NCBI GenBank assembly: GCA_040905565.1
Contig: JBBDRF010000005.1
Coordinates: 1-64,000, forward strand
From: Phycisphaeraceae bacterium
Lineage (GTDB): Bacteria; Planctomycetota; Phycisphaerae; Phycisphaerales; Zrk34
Length of the DNA stretch: 64,000 bases
Direction: 5' to 3'
Notes under the pieces: model-generated
Databases searched by the model: none
What the model was told of the DNA's origin: nothing
What the model saw: only the letters and a program-made list of their open reading frames with translations
Part shown: positions 1-10,112 of the stretch, piece by piece
Layout: each line of letters opens with the position of its first letter
Position numbering within the stretch: position 1 is the first letter of the stretch
Program-made: the position numbers and the translations under genes

Positions 1-102
1 GGAGGAGGGCGGGGAAGCTTCTCCCCGGGGGGGAGAGGGGTAAGAGGTGGAGTGTTTGGCGTGAGTTGGAGGTGTCGGGGCTGCGCGTTGCGGCTGGGGT
101 CA

Positions 103-131
103 CAACCGCTCCCTTACGGTCGCGGCTCGTA
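103..131 (-). repeat. REP-like 29-bp repeat, copy 1
   Basis: CAACCGCTCCCTTACGGTCGCGGCTCGTA is the exact reverse complement of 53784-53812; 101-130 matches 54006-54035 at 29/30 positions. Confidence 0.9.
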
Positions 132-225
132 TTGGGGTTCGTGGGGGGGAGGGTGGGCATGGGTGCAATCTAGGGGGTTGGGTGGGGCGGGACAAGGGGG
201 GAGCGTGGCGCGTAGAATGGGGGCT

Positions 226-2313
226 ATGTCTATTCGAAGTGAGCCGAGAGCGTTTGAGTTGGAGAGTGACTTTGAGCCTGCTGGCGATCAGCCGAAGGCG
301 ATTGAGCAGTTGACGGCTGCGCTGAGCGCGGGGGCGGGGGCGCAGACGCTGCTGGGGGTGACGGGATCGGGCAAGACGTTCACGATGGCGAACGTGATCG
401 CGAAGCTTAATAAGCCCACGCTGATTATGAGTCATAATAAGACGCTGGCGGCGCAGCTTTATGAAGAGTTTCGTGAGCTGTTTCCACGCAATGCGGTTTC
501 CTACTTTGTGAGCTATTACGATTACTATCAGCCTGAAGCTTATATTCCGCAGCGGGATATCTATATTGAGAAGGATGCGTCGCGGAACCAGGATCTGGAC
601 CGGCTGAGGCTGGCGGCGACGACGAGTCTGATCTCGAGGCGGGATGTGATTATTGTGGCTTCGGTTTCGTGTATTTTCGGGCTGGGTTCGCCTGAGGAAT
701 ATAAGCGGAAGGTGATTCGGCTGGATGTTGGGGACACGGTGGATCGGCAGGATCTGTTGCGGAATCTGAACGATCTTCAGTACACGCGGAATGATGTGGA
801 TTTCCAGAGGGCGACGTACCGGGTGCGGGGCGATGTGGTGGAGGTTCACCCTGCTTATGAAGAGTTTGCGTTCCGCATTGAGCTGTTTGGCGATGAGGTG
901 GATCGGCTTGAGTTTATTGATCCGACGAGCGGTGAGATTCTGGCGGAGGAGAAGAAGCTTTTTATCTATCCAGCAGTGCATTATGTGATGCCTGAGGATC
1001 AGCTGGAGCATTCGGTGGCGTCGATTCAGCAGGAGCTTGATCATCGCGTGCTGCAGTTGCGGGGCGAGGGGAAGCTGCTTGAGGCGCAACGGCTGCTGGC
1101 GCGGACGAAGTATGATCTGGAGATGATGCAGGAGGTGGGGTACTGCTCGGGGATTGAGAACTATTCGAGGCATCTGGATGGGCGTGCGCCGGGGACGCGG
1201 CCTTATACGTTGATGGACTATTTTCCGAGCGATGACTGGTTGATGTTTATTGATGAGTCGCACGCGACGCTGCCTCAGGTGCGGGCGATGTTTAATGGTG
1301 ATAAGCAGCGAAAGCAGGTGTTGGTTGATCATGGGTTTCGGTTGCCGTCGGCGATGGATAACCGGCCTTTGAAGTTTGAGGAGTTCGAGCAGATGCGGCC
1401 TCAGACGGTGTTTGTTTCTGCGACGCCTAGCGATTATGAGCTTGAGCAATCGGGCGGGGACATTGTGGAGCAGATCATTCGGCCGACGGGGTTGGTGGAT
1501 CCGCCGATTGAGATTCGGCCTGCGCGGGGGCAGGTGGCGGACTTGGTGGCGGCGGCGAAGGAGAAGGCGGAGGCGGGCGAGCGGGTGCTGGTGAATACGC
1601 TGACAAAGCGGATGGCGGAGGATCTGTCGCGGTACATGGCGGAGCAGGGGATTCGTTGCCGATATCTGCATTCGGAGGTGGAGACGCTGGACCGGATGAT
1701 TATTCTGCGCGAGTTGCGGATGGGTGAGTATGACGTGCTGGTGGGTGTGAACCTGTTGCGGGAGGGGCTTGATCTGCCTGAGGTTTCGCTGGTGGCGATT
1801 ATGGATGCGGATAAGACGGGGTTCCTGCGGAGCCCGACGTCGATGATTCAGCAGATGGGGCGTGCGGCGAGGAACGCGGACGCGACGGTGATTCTGTATG
1901 CGGATTCGGTGACGGAGGGGATGCAGATTGCGATCGGCGAGAGCGAACGGCGGCGGGAGAAGCAGCTGGCGTTTAACGCGGAGCATGGGATTACGCCTCA
2001 GACGATCAAGAAGGCGATTCGGCATGGGCTTGAGATGGAGATGAAGGCCCATAAGACGGCACGCGAGGCGGTGGGGAAATCGGAGCAGGAGTATGAGCGC
2101 GAGGATCTGCTGGAGGAGCTGGAACGGCAGATGTACGCCGCGGCGGAGGCGATGGACTTTGAGAAGGCGGCGAGGATGCGCGATCGGATCAAGGAAGTGC
2201 AGGATGCGCCGCATCTGAAGAGCGTGGCGGTGAGTGATGGTGAGGGGGAGCCGAAGCCTGGGACGCCTGGGACGCGGGTGAAATCTAAGCGGAAGAAGAA
2301 GAAAGGGGCTTAG
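226..2313 (+). CDS. uvrB: Excinuclease ABC subunit B (UvrB)
   Basis: Motifs PAGDQPKAI, LGVTGSGKT, FVSYYDYYQPEAY, DESH, GFRLPSAMDNRPL, NLLREGLDLPEV; C-terminal UVR domain (MDFEKAARMRD). Start placed at ATG 226, not the ORF-track start at 52. Confidence 0.97.
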   Translation: MSIRSEPRAFELESDFEPAGDQPKAIEQLTAALSAGAGAQTLLGVTGSGKTFTMANVIAKLNKPTLIMSHNKTLAAQLYEEFRELFPRNAVSYFVSYYDYYQPEAYIPQRDIYIEKDASRNQDLDRLRLAATTSLISRRDVIIVASVSCIFGLGSPEEYKRKVIRLDVGDTVDRQDLLRNLNDLQYTRNDVDFQRATYRVRGDVVEVHPAYEEFAFRIELFGDEVDRLEFIDPTSGEILAEEKKLFIYPAVHYVMPEDQLEHSVASIQQELDHRVLQLRGEGKLLEAQRLLARTKYDLEMMQEVGYCSGIENYSRHLDGRAPGTRPYTLMDYFPSDDWLMFIDESHATLPQVRAMFNGDKQRKQVLVDHGFRLPSAMDNRPLKFEEFEQMRPQTVFVSATPSDYELEQSGGDIVEQIIRPTGLVDPPIEIRPARGQVADLVAAAKEKAEAGERVLVNTLTKRMAEDLSRYMAEQGIRCRYLHSEVETLDRMIILRELRMGEYDVLVGVNLLREGLDLPEVSLVAIMDADKTGFLRSPTSMIQQMGRAARNADATVILYADSVTEGMQIAIGESERRREKQLAFNAEHGITPQTIKKAIRHGLEMEMKAHKTAREAVGKSEQEYEREDLLEELERQMYAAAEAMDFEKAARMRDRIKEVQDAPHLKSVAVSDGEGEPKPGTPGTRVKSKRKKKKGA

Positions 2314-2407
2314 TGTGGATTGGTGGGTGGTGTGGGGGACGGCGGTAGGCCGTGGGCTTCGGGGGGGGGGTTGGATCATTGGGGTGGGATCGGCTAAATT
2401 TCCGGTT

Positions 2408-4441
2408 ATGTATGAACACAGCAGTACGGAGTCGGCACAGATGCTTATTACTCTGCCTGATGGCAGCCAGCGTGAATATCCAGCGGGGGCGACGGGTCGT
2501 GCGATCGCGGAATCGATCGGTGCGGGGCTGGCGCGGGCGGCGGTCGGGGTGAAGGTTGACGGGGAGCTTCGGGATCTGGATCGGCCGATCGAGGGCGATG
2601 CGACGGTGGCGATTGTGACGCGGCCGAGGAAGGGCACGCCTTTGAATGAGCAGGATGCGGATGCTCTGTATCTGGTGCGGCATTCGGCGGCGCATGTGAT
2701 GGCGGAGGCGATTGAAAGGCTTTGGCCGGCGACGCAGCTGGCTTATGGGCCGCCGTTGGAGACGGGGTTTTATTACGATTTCAAGCTTGATAAGCCGATC
2801 TCCAGCGACGATTTTGAGAAGATCGAAGCGGAGATGCGGAAGATTGTGGCGGAGAAGCGGCCGTTTACGCGGTATGAGCTTGAGCCGATCGCGGGGATGG
2901 AGAAGCTTGAGGTGGAGGGGAACAAGTACAAACTTGATAATGCGGAGCGGGCGCTGGAGGGCGGGGCGGCGGCGCTGAGCTGGTATGTGACGGGGGAAGT
3001 GGCGGAGCAGGAACCGCGGTGGGAGGACCTTTGTCAGGGGCCACACGTGCCGACGACGGGGGATATTGGGGCGTTCAAGATTACGACGGTGGCGAGTTCG
3101 CACTGGCATGGGGATGTGGAGCAGGACCGCTTCCAGCGTGTGTACGGCACGGCGTTTTATCATGCGGAGGATCTGGAGCATTATCTTCAGCAGCTTGATG
3201 AGGCGAAGCAGCGGGACCATCGGGTGATCGGGTCGAAGCTGAAGCTGTTTACGATCGACGAGCAGGTGGGGCAGGGGTTGATTTTGTGGAAGCCTGCTGG
3301 GGCGAGCGTGCGGACGACGCTTCAGAATTTCCTGCTGGATGAGCTGGTGAAGCGTGGTTACGACCAGGTGTACACGCCTCACATCGGGAAGATCGATCTG
3401 TACGAGACGAGCGGGCACTATCCGTATTACAGCGATTCGCAGTTCCCGCCGATTCAGATGCGTGATTCGGAGGAGCAGTATTTGCTGAGGCCGATGAACT
3501 GTCCGCATCACATCAAGATTTTTGCGAGCGATCAGCACAGTTATCGCGATCTGCCGGTGCGGTTGGCGGAGTTCGGCACGGTGTACCGGTTTGAGCAGTC
3601 GGGTGAGCTGACTGGGATGACGCGCGTGCGTGGGTTTACGCAGGACGATGCGCATATTTTCTGCACGGCGGACCAGGTTGCTGAGGAGTTTCGGCAGACG
3701 GTGGAGCTGGTGCAGTTTGTGTTCGAGACGTTCGGTTTCGAGGACGTGAGCATTCGGCTTTCGCTGCGTGATCCGAAGAATAAGGCGAAGTATGCGGGGG
3801 ATTCGGCGCTTTGGGATCAGGCGGAGAACGAGTTGCGGGCGGTGCTTCAGCAGATGAAGGTGAACTTCACGGAGGAGCCCGGCGAGGCGGCGTTCTACGG
3901 GCCGAAGGTTGATTTTGTGGTGCGGGATGTGATTGGGCGGCCGTGGCAGCTGGGGACGGTGCAGCTGGATTACAACCTGCCGGAGCGGTTCGGCATCGAG
4001 TACACGGGGGCGGATAATCGGGCGCATCGGCCGGTGATGATTCACCGTGCGCCGTTTGGTTCGATGGAGCGGTTCATGGCGATTTTGATCGAGCACTTCG
4101 CTGGGGCGTTCCCGCTTTGGCTTGCGCCGGAGCAGGTGCGGGTGCTGCCGGTGAGCGATAAGTTCCGCGACTATGCGGTGAAGGTGCTGGGGGCGTTGAA
4201 GGAGGCGAAGGTGCGGGCGACGCTTGATGATTCAGCCGACCGGGTGCAGGCGAAGATTCGGGTGGCGCAGGAGCAGAAGGTGCCTTACATGTTGATCGTG
4301 GGCGGGCGTGATGAATCGGCGGGCACGGTGAGCGTGCGCGACCGCAGCCGGGGGGATATTGGAGCGTTGACGCTGTCGGCATTCCTGCAGCAGTTGCAGC
4401 GTGAGATTCAGACGCGGGGGCAGCACGGGGTGCAGGCGTGA
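2408..4441 (+). CDS. thrS: Threonyl-tRNA synthetase
   Basis: TGS domain (ITLPDGS), editing domain (RHSAAH, DLCQGPH), RPMNCPHH, RVRGFTQDDAH, GEAAFYGPK, anticodon-binding domain. Start is ATG 2408 or 2441. Confidence 0.97.
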   Translation: MYEHSSTESAQMLITLPDGSQREYPAGATGRAIAESIGAGLARAAVGVKVDGELRDLDRPIEGDATVAIVTRPRKGTPLNEQDADALYLVRHSAAHVMAEAIERLWPATQLAYGPPLETGFYYDFKLDKPISSDDFEKIEAEMRKIVAEKRPFTRYELEPIAGMEKLEVEGNKYKLDNAERALEGGAAALSWYVTGEVAEQEPRWEDLCQGPHVPTTGDIGAFKITTVASSHWHGDVEQDRFQRVYGTAFYHAEDLEHYLQQLDEAKQRDHRVIGSKLKLFTIDEQVGQGLILWKPAGASVRTTLQNFLLDELVKRGYDQVYTPHIGKIDLYETSGHYPYYSDSQFPPIQMRDSEEQYLLRPMNCPHHIKIFASDQHSYRDLPVRLAEFGTVYRFEQSGELTGMTRVRGFTQDDAHIFCTADQVAEEFRQTVELVQFVFETFGFEDVSIRLSLRDPKNKAKYAGDSALWDQAENELRAVLQQMKVNFTEEPGEAAFYGPKVDFVVRDVIGRPWQLGTVQLDYNLPERFGIEYTGADNRAHRPVMIHRAPFGSMERFMAILIEHFAGAFPLWLAPEQVRVLPVSDKFRDYAVKVLGALKEAKVRATLDDSADRVQAKIRVAQEQKVPYMLIVGGRDESAGTVSVRDRSRGDIGALTLSAFLQQLQREIQTRGQHGVQA

Positions 4442-5223
4442 GGCGTGACCCTGGCGATCTTGAATCGCCCGCTGAGGTGGGGACGGTTGAGCAGCAGCAG
4501 CGGCGGCGTTGGTGGGAGGGGCCGGCGTATGTGGTGCGAAGGCTGGGGCATGTGGGGCCGTTGGCGGTGCTGACGGTGGCGTTGCCGATCGCGGGGGGGA
4601 TGACGCTGGTGGTGTGGCGGGCGGAAGCGGGGGCGTTGCTGAACAGTTATGAGGCGGCGGCTCCGCTGGTGTTCATCGCGATTGCGACGGTGCTGGGGGC
4701 GCTTTCGCTGTTGCCGACGCATGGACTGTCGCTGGTGGGCGGGTATGTGTTCGGATTCACCGAGGGGGTGGTGATCACGCTGACGGCGATCGTGATCGCT
4801 TCGGTGCTGGGCTACTTCGTGAAGCGGTTGATTTCGAGGCAGCGGGTGATGGGGTTGATTGCGGAACGGCCGGGCTCGCTGGCGGTGCACGAAGCGCTGG
4901 TGGAGGGCGGGTTCTGGTGGTCGGCGTTGGTGGTGACGCTGATTCGGCTTTCGCCGGCTGCGCCGTTCGCGATGACCAACCTGTTGATGGCGGCGACGGG
5001 CGTGCGGCTGGTGCCGTTTACGTTGGGGACGCTGGTGGGAATGCTGCCACGCTGTGCAGCGGTGGTGGCGACGGGTGACATGATCGCCCGGATCGGAGCG
5101 GCGGAGGATGCTCAGCAGGTCTGGCCTCTGGTGCTGGGCATTGTGACGACGATCGCTGCGGTAATCGTGATCGGGGCGGCGAGTCGGCGTGCACTGGCCC
5201 GGGTGACGGCGAAGTCGGTATAA
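4438..5223 (+). CDS. TVP38/TMEM64 (DedA/VTT-domain) membrane protein
   Basis: Multi-TM protein with LLPT...GGYVFG and LIRLSPAAPFAMTNLLMAATGV..FTLGTLVGMLP signatures; GTGA overlap with the thrS stop. Confidence 0.85.
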   Translation: MRRDPGDLESPAEVGTVEQQQRRRWWEGPAYVVRRLGHVGPLAVLTVALPIAGGMTLVVWRAEAGALLNSYEAAAPLVFIAIATVLGALSLLPTHGLSLVGGYVFGFTEGVVITLTAIVIASVLGYFVKRLISRQRVMGLIAERPGSLAVHEALVEGGFWWSALVVTLIRLSPAAPFAMTNLLMAATGVRLVPFTLGTLVGMLPRCAAVVATGDMIARIGAAEDAQQVWPLVLGIVTTIAAVIVIGAASRRALARVTAKSV

Positions 5224-5232
5224 TTACGGCAG

Positions 5233-5712
5233 ATGGCAGATGCTCAAAACGACAACGGACGCAACGGGGAACGACGCGCGATCGTGGCGGGCTTCGGGCC
5301 TGTGGGCCGTGCGGTGGTGAACGGCCTGGACAATGCCGGGTTCGACGTGACGATCATCGAGCTGAACGGCCTGACGGTGGATCGCCAGACGGAGATGGGC
5401 CGGGCGGTGGTGCTGGGCGATGTCAGTGAGACGGAGACGCTTCGCCGGGCGGGCATCGAGGGGGCGCAGGCGTTTATTCTGACGATTCCCAATGAGGATA
5501 AGGTGGTGGAGGCGTGCCGACTGGCGCGGCAGCTTTCGTCGAATGTCTTCATCTCGGCTCGCACGAACCACCTGAGCAAGGGGATGCAGGCGACGCAGGC
5601 CGGGGCGGACCATGTGACCGTTGAGGAAGTGGTCACGGCGAACGCGATGCAGCACGCGGTGCTGGAGGGTCTGGGGGCCGAAGCCCCGGCGGAGGATGCG
5701 GCGGACTGGTGA
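5233..5712 (+). CDS. Stand-alone TrkA-N/RCK NAD-binding domain protein
   Basis: AIVAGFGPVG Rossmann motif, VLGDVS...LRRAGIEGA, ISART, AGADHV. Confidence 0.85.
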   Translation: MADAQNDNGRNGERRAIVAGFGPVGRAVVNGLDNAGFDVTIIELNGLTVDRQTEMGRAVVLGDVSETETLRRAGIEGAQAFILTIPNEDKVVEACRLARQLSSNVFISARTNHLSKGMQATQAGADHVTVEEVVTANAMQHAVLEGLGAEAPAEDAADW

Positions 5713-5849
5713 TTTTTTTGGGCGCGGGGGATACCCGCGGCATCACGTCGTGGGCTTCGGTGGTTGATAATGGGGGGCTTTGTTACCATGTGTACGTACT
5801 TTTCGGCTGCGTGTGTCGCGGCCTGGCCTGATGGTGAAGGGAAGCGTGC

Positions 5850-6854
5850 ATGGCGCGTCAATCAATGTGGTTACTGGGTGTGGCAGGAATTCTGGCGCTG
5901 GGGCTGTACGGCTGCGGCAGCGGCAACGCCGACGACGGACAGTATGTGACGATCGGCACGGCACCGGCAGGCGGGACGTTCTTCGACGTCGGCAGTGTGA
6001 TCGCCCGCGTGCTGGATTCAGAGGGACCCGAAGCTTGGTCCGTGACGGCGGCGGCGACAGGCGGCTCCACCGAAAACATGCGGCTGCTGATGGACGACGA
6101 ACTGGACCTCGCCCTTTCCAACGCGACCATCACCTGGCACGCGTACCACCTGGAAGGCGAATGGGCCGAGACGTCTGAGCAGGACGAGAACCTGCCGCTG
6201 GCGAACGTGATGACCATGTTCCCCAACATCGCGCTGTTCATTACGCCACAGAGTTCGGGCATCGAGCAGATCACTGACCTGCGAGGCAAGCGGGTTTACG
6301 TGGGGCCTGAGGGGGCGGGCTTTGAATACTTCATCCGGCCGATCCTCAAGAGCCACGGCATGAGCTTCGACGATATCAGCCCGGTATACGGCTCGCAGCA
6401 ATCGGCGGTCGATTACCTCAGCGACGGGTCGGTCGACGCGGCCATGATCGGCGGCGGCGTGCCCACCGGGTCGATCGTACAGGTCGCGAACGCGATGCCG
6501 ATCCGCTTCATCCCCTTCGACGACGAGGCCAAGGCGGAACTCATCGCGAACTATCCCTCTTACGAAGAAGCGACCATCCCCGGCGGCACGTACACCGGCG
6601 TCGATGAAGATTTCCTCACGCTGAACGTCGGCTCGGCGCACATCATGACCGCGACCGACGTGGACGAAGAACTGGTTTACCAGGCGACGAAGAGCATCTT
6701 CGAAAACCGTGAGGAGATCGCCAAGGGGCACCCGGCGGCCCGCGCGATCACCCCCACCAATGTGGTGAAGGACTTCGGCGTGCCGTTCCATCCCGGGGCG
6801 ATCCGATACTACCGTGAAGCCGGCATCTGGCCTGAGGACGGCGACGTCCAGTGA
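5850..6854 (+). CDS. TAXI-family TRAP transporter solute-binding lipoprotein
   Basis: Lipobox LYG-C; TIGTAPAGGTF, TGGSTEN, DLRGKRV, PFHPGAIRYY motifs. Confidence 0.92.
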   Translation: MARQSMWLLGVAGILALGLYGCGSGNADDGQYVTIGTAPAGGTFFDVGSVIARVLDSEGPEAWSVTAAATGGSTENMRLLMDDELDLALSNATITWHAYHLEGEWAETSEQDENLPLANVMTMFPNIALFITPQSSGIEQITDLRGKRVYVGPEGAGFEYFIRPILKSHGMSFDDISPVYGSQQSAVDYLSDGSVDAAMIGGGVPTGSIVQVANAMPIRFIPFDDEAKAELIANYPSYEEATIPGGTYTGVDEDFLTLNVGSAHIMTATDVDEELVYQATKSIFENREEIAKGHPAARAITPTNVVKDFGVPFHPGAIRYYREAGIWPEDGDVQ

Positions 6855-8983
6855 ACCCGCGCCCCACGCTCGATCAGCAGTTGCGGCAGTTCCTCGTGCC
6901 GACCCTGGGCATTGCCCTGTCGCTGTTCGTTCTGGTTGAGGTTAACTACGCGAACCTCGCCCCGATGTCGCGGCTGGCGCTGTTTGCGATGCTCGGGCTG
7001 ATCCTCTGCTTCCTGACCGTCCCGCTCCATCCAAAACTGGCGCATGTTCGCACGCTTCGGTGGGTGGACGTGGGGCTGGCGCTGCTGGCGGCGGGCTGCT
7101 TTGGGTACATTCTTTATGACGGGGACGTGATCCATCGGGGCGGGCGGTACACGAGCCTTGATGTGACGGTCGGCATCGTGGGCATTGTGCTGGTGCTTGA
7201 AGCGGCAAGGCGGGCGCTGGGGCTTGCGCTGCCGCTGTTGGCGCTGGTGTTCATCGGTTATGCCGTGTTCGGGCCGAGCTTGCCGGACTGGCTTTTTCCG
7301 CATCGTGGGTACGACGCGGACCGAGTCGTGGGGACGACGTTCCTGCGGACCGCAGGCATCTTCGGCACCGCTTTGGACATCATGTTCAAGTACGTCTACC
7401 TGTTCGTTCTTTTCGGCACGTTTCTGACGGCGATCGGCGCGACGCAGTTCATTATTGACCTGGCGCAGCGACTGTTTGGCAAAAAGCCGGGCGGGCCTGC
7501 GAAGGTTTCGGCGCTGGCGAGCGGGTTGATGGGCTCGCTTTCGGGATCGGCGGTGGCGAACGCAGCGACGACGGGGACGTTCACGATTCCGACGATGAAG
7601 AGCATCGGGTTTCGGCCACACATTGCGGCCGGGATCGAGGCGGCGACCTCGGCGGGCGGCGCGCTGGTGCCGCCTGTGATGGGGGCCGGCGCGTACATGA
7701 TGCTGGAGGTGATCGACCGCGACCCGCCGGTGACTTACCTGGAGGTGATGCGGGCTGCGATCATCCCCGCGGTGCTCTACTACATTTCGATCTTCCTGCT
7801 GATTCATTTTTACGCGCACCGCATCGGCGCGACGGGGCGCTCGGCGAAAGATGCGGAAACCGACGCGAATCGCCCGTTGTTTTCGATCGAGGGCATCACG
7901 TTCCTCTCCGCTTTGAGCTCGCTGATTCTGTTCCTGGTGATGGGCTATTCGCCGTTCCGGGCGGTGACGTATTCGCTGGGCATCGTGGTGATCATGATGA
8001 TCGTGCAGCGACGGCCGGGCGTGGGGCGGGTGCAGCAGGCGATCGCGCTGAGCGCGTGTGTGCTGATCCCGCTGGCGACGAAGCTGGTGTTGGACAGTCT
8101 GTGGGAATCCAGCCGATGGTCGGAGGCGATCGTGTTCGCCCTGGCGATTATGTTCATCGCCGGGCTATGCCATCCGACGTGGCGGACGCTGGTGCGCGAT
8201 GGGCTGGTGAAGGCGGCGACGTCGAGCATTCCGCTGATCGTGGCGACGGCATGCGTGGGCATCATCATCGGGGTGGTGACGTTGACGGGTTTGGGATCGG
8301 CGCTGCCGAACGCGGTGCTTCCGCTGGCGGAGAACAGCTTGTTCCTGGCGCTGCTGGCGATCATGGGCTGTTCGATTGTGCTGGGGATGGGCGTGCCGTC
8401 GGCCGTTTCGTACCTGCTGCTGGCGACGATTGTGGGGCCGGTGCTGGTGCGGCTGGACGTGCCGGTGCTGGCGGCTCATATGTTCATTTTCTACTTCGGG
8501 CTGATGGCGATGGTGACGCCTCCGGTGGCGCTGGCGGCCTACGCCACGGCTTCGATCGCCGACGCAGGCGTGATGCGGACGGGGCTGGCGGCGTTCCGGT
8601 TCGCGCTGGTGGGATTCACGCTGCCGTTCATGTTCGTTTATCGCCCGGAGCTGCTGCTGATCGGGCCTGACGGAGGCGCCCCCGCGGCGCTGGATACGGT
8701 GCTGGCGGTCGCGGCGGCGGTGCTGGGGGTGACCTCTTTGGCGGCGGCGATGGCGGGATTCTTCTTCGCCCGGCTGTCGGTGGCCTGGCGGGCGGTGCTG
8801 TTTGTCGCCGCGGCCTGTGCGCTGTTTCCCGATCAGCGTCTGGATGTGCTGGGCGTAGGGATTGCCGTTTTCGACGTGATCGGCGCGGTGCTGCTGGCGG
8901 TGACGGCGGCGGTGAACTGGCGGGCACGGGCGATTGAGCCTGAGCCCCTCGCGGCCATCCCGGTGACCAGCAAGCAGGAGTAA
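6851..8983 (+). CDS. TRAP transporter fused 4TM/12TM permease (TAXI type)
   Basis: GGPAKV, SGSAVANAATTGTFTIP, PPVMGAGAY, LGMGVP, TPPVALAAY motifs; overlaps the stop of the solute-binding gene. Confidence 0.93.
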   Translation: MNPRPTLDQQLRQFLVPTLGIALSLFVLVEVNYANLAPMSRLALFAMLGLILCFLTVPLHPKLAHVRTLRWVDVGLALLAAGCFGYILYDGDVIHRGGRYTSLDVTVGIVGIVLVLEAARRALGLALPLLALVFIGYAVFGPSLPDWLFPHRGYDADRVVGTTFLRTAGIFGTALDIMFKYVYLFVLFGTFLTAIGATQFIIDLAQRLFGKKPGGPAKVSALASGLMGSLSGSAVANAATTGTFTIPTMKSIGFRPHIAAGIEAATSAGGALVPPVMGAGAYMMLEVIDRDPPVTYLEVMRAAIIPAVLYYISIFLLIHFYAHRIGATGRSAKDAETDANRPLFSIEGITFLSALSSLILFLVMGYSPFRAVTYSLGIVVIMMIVQRRPGVGRVQQAIALSACVLIPLATKLVLDSLWESSRWSEAIVFALAIMFIAGLCHPTWRTLVRDGLVKAATSSIPLIVATACVGIIIGVVTLTGLGSALPNAVLPLAENSLFLALLAIMGCSIVLGMGVPSAVSYLLLATIVGPVLVRLDVPVLAAHMFIFYFGLMAMVTPPVALAAYATASIADAGVMRTGLAAFRFALVGFTLPFMFVYRPELLLIGPDGGAPAALDTVLAVAAAVLGVTSLAAAMAGFFFARLSVAWRAVLFVAAACALFPDQRLDVLGVGIAVFDVIGAVLLAVTAAVNWRARAIEPEPLAAIPVTSKQE

Positions 8984-9063
8984 GCCGCTGTTCGAATTTT
9001 TATCCTGCTGCGGCTATACTGCGCTGCGATTTGAAGCTTTACCTCATGGAGCAGCAACAGCCG

Positions 9064-10008
9064 ATGAAACTCCTTCTGGCCAATCCGCGCGGTTTCTGTG
9101 CCGGTGTCATCATGGCGATCGACACCGTTGAAGAAGCGCTCAAGATCGTCGGCGCCCCGCTTTACGTTTACCACGAGATCGTCCACAACCGGCACGTGGT
9201 CCACCGGTTCCAGGACCGCGGCGTCGTGTTCATCGACACCATCGACGAGGTGCCGCCCAACTCGACGATCATCTTCTCGGCGCACGGCGTGAGCCCCGAG
9301 GTCCGCAATGCGGCCAAGGCGCGCGGCTGTGCGATGATCGACGCGACGTGCCCGCTGGTGACCAAGGTCCACATGGAGGCCATCCGTTACGCCAAGCAGG
9401 GCTATAAGATCGTGCTCGTCGGTCATGCCGGTCATGACGAAGTCGTCGGCACCGTGGGCGAAGCGCCCGACGCGATCACGATCGTGGAATCGCCTGAGGA
9501 TGTTGCGAAGCTAAGCTTCCCTCCCGACGTCGAGAAGCTCGTCTATCTCACGCAGACCACGCTGAGCATGGACGACGCGAACGTCATCATCAACGCGATC
9601 AAAAAACGCTATCCGCAGGTGAAGGCCCCGCCGAGCGAAGACATCTGCTACGCCACGACGAACCGGCAGAAGGCGGTCCGCTATCTTGCGCCGGATTGCG
9701 ATGCGGTGCTGGTGGTGGGGTCGAAGAACTCTTCGAACTCGGTGCGGCTGACAGAGATCGCGGAAAACGTGGGCACCCCGGCTTACCTTGTGGACGATCA
9801 ATCGGAGATCGATCCCGAGTGGCTGAAGGATGTCGACACGCTGCTGCTGACGGCGGGAGCTTCGGCGCCCGAGCATCTGGTGCATGAGATCATGGACTGG
9901 CTGCACGTGAACCACGGCGCGACGACGGACGAACGCATCGTCACCGAAGAAGATATGCACTTCGAACTGCCGCGAAGCCTCAGGGTGCTGAAACAGGCGA
10001 GCGCCTGA
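9064..10008 (+). CDS. ispH: 4-hydroxy-3-methylbut-2-enyl diphosphate reductase (LytB)
   Basis: PRGFCAGV, IVHN, SAHG, DATCPLV, TQTTLS, ICYAT.NRQ, SSNS, TAGASAP motifs. Confidence 0.97.
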   Translation: MKLLLANPRGFCAGVIMAIDTVEEALKIVGAPLYVYHEIVHNRHVVHRFQDRGVVFIDTIDEVPPNSTIIFSAHGVSPEVRNAAKARGCAMIDATCPLVTKVHMEAIRYAKQGYKIVLVGHAGHDEVVGTVGEAPDAITIVESPEDVAKLSFPPDVEKLVYLTQTTLSMDDANVIINAIKKRYPQVKAPPSEDICYATTNRQKAVRYLAPDCDAVLVVGSKNSSNSVRLTEIAENVGTPAYLVDDQSEIDPEWLKDVDTLLLTAGASAPEHLVHEIMDWLHVNHGATTDERIVTEEDMHFELPRSLRVLKQASA

Positions 10009-10112
10009 ACCCACCGCCCCCCCGCCGCCCCCCTACCGATCCGCCACCGACCCCGGCAACGCGTAGCGTCGCGGCTAATTCCGCGCCGGCTGTTCGCGCT
10101 AGACTTATTATT

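Noticed and set aside
52..225. N-terminal extension of UvrB in the ORF track (includes SQPLPYGRGS)
   Set aside because: It is the translation of the REP-like repeat and G-rich intergenic DNA; UvrB similarity and the -10 box point to ATG 226.
100..4096. Long antisense ORFs (100..2637 and 2285..4096, minus strand)
   Set aside because: Shadows of uvrB and thrS caused by biased high-GC codon usage; Arg/His/Pro-rich with no recognisable motifs.
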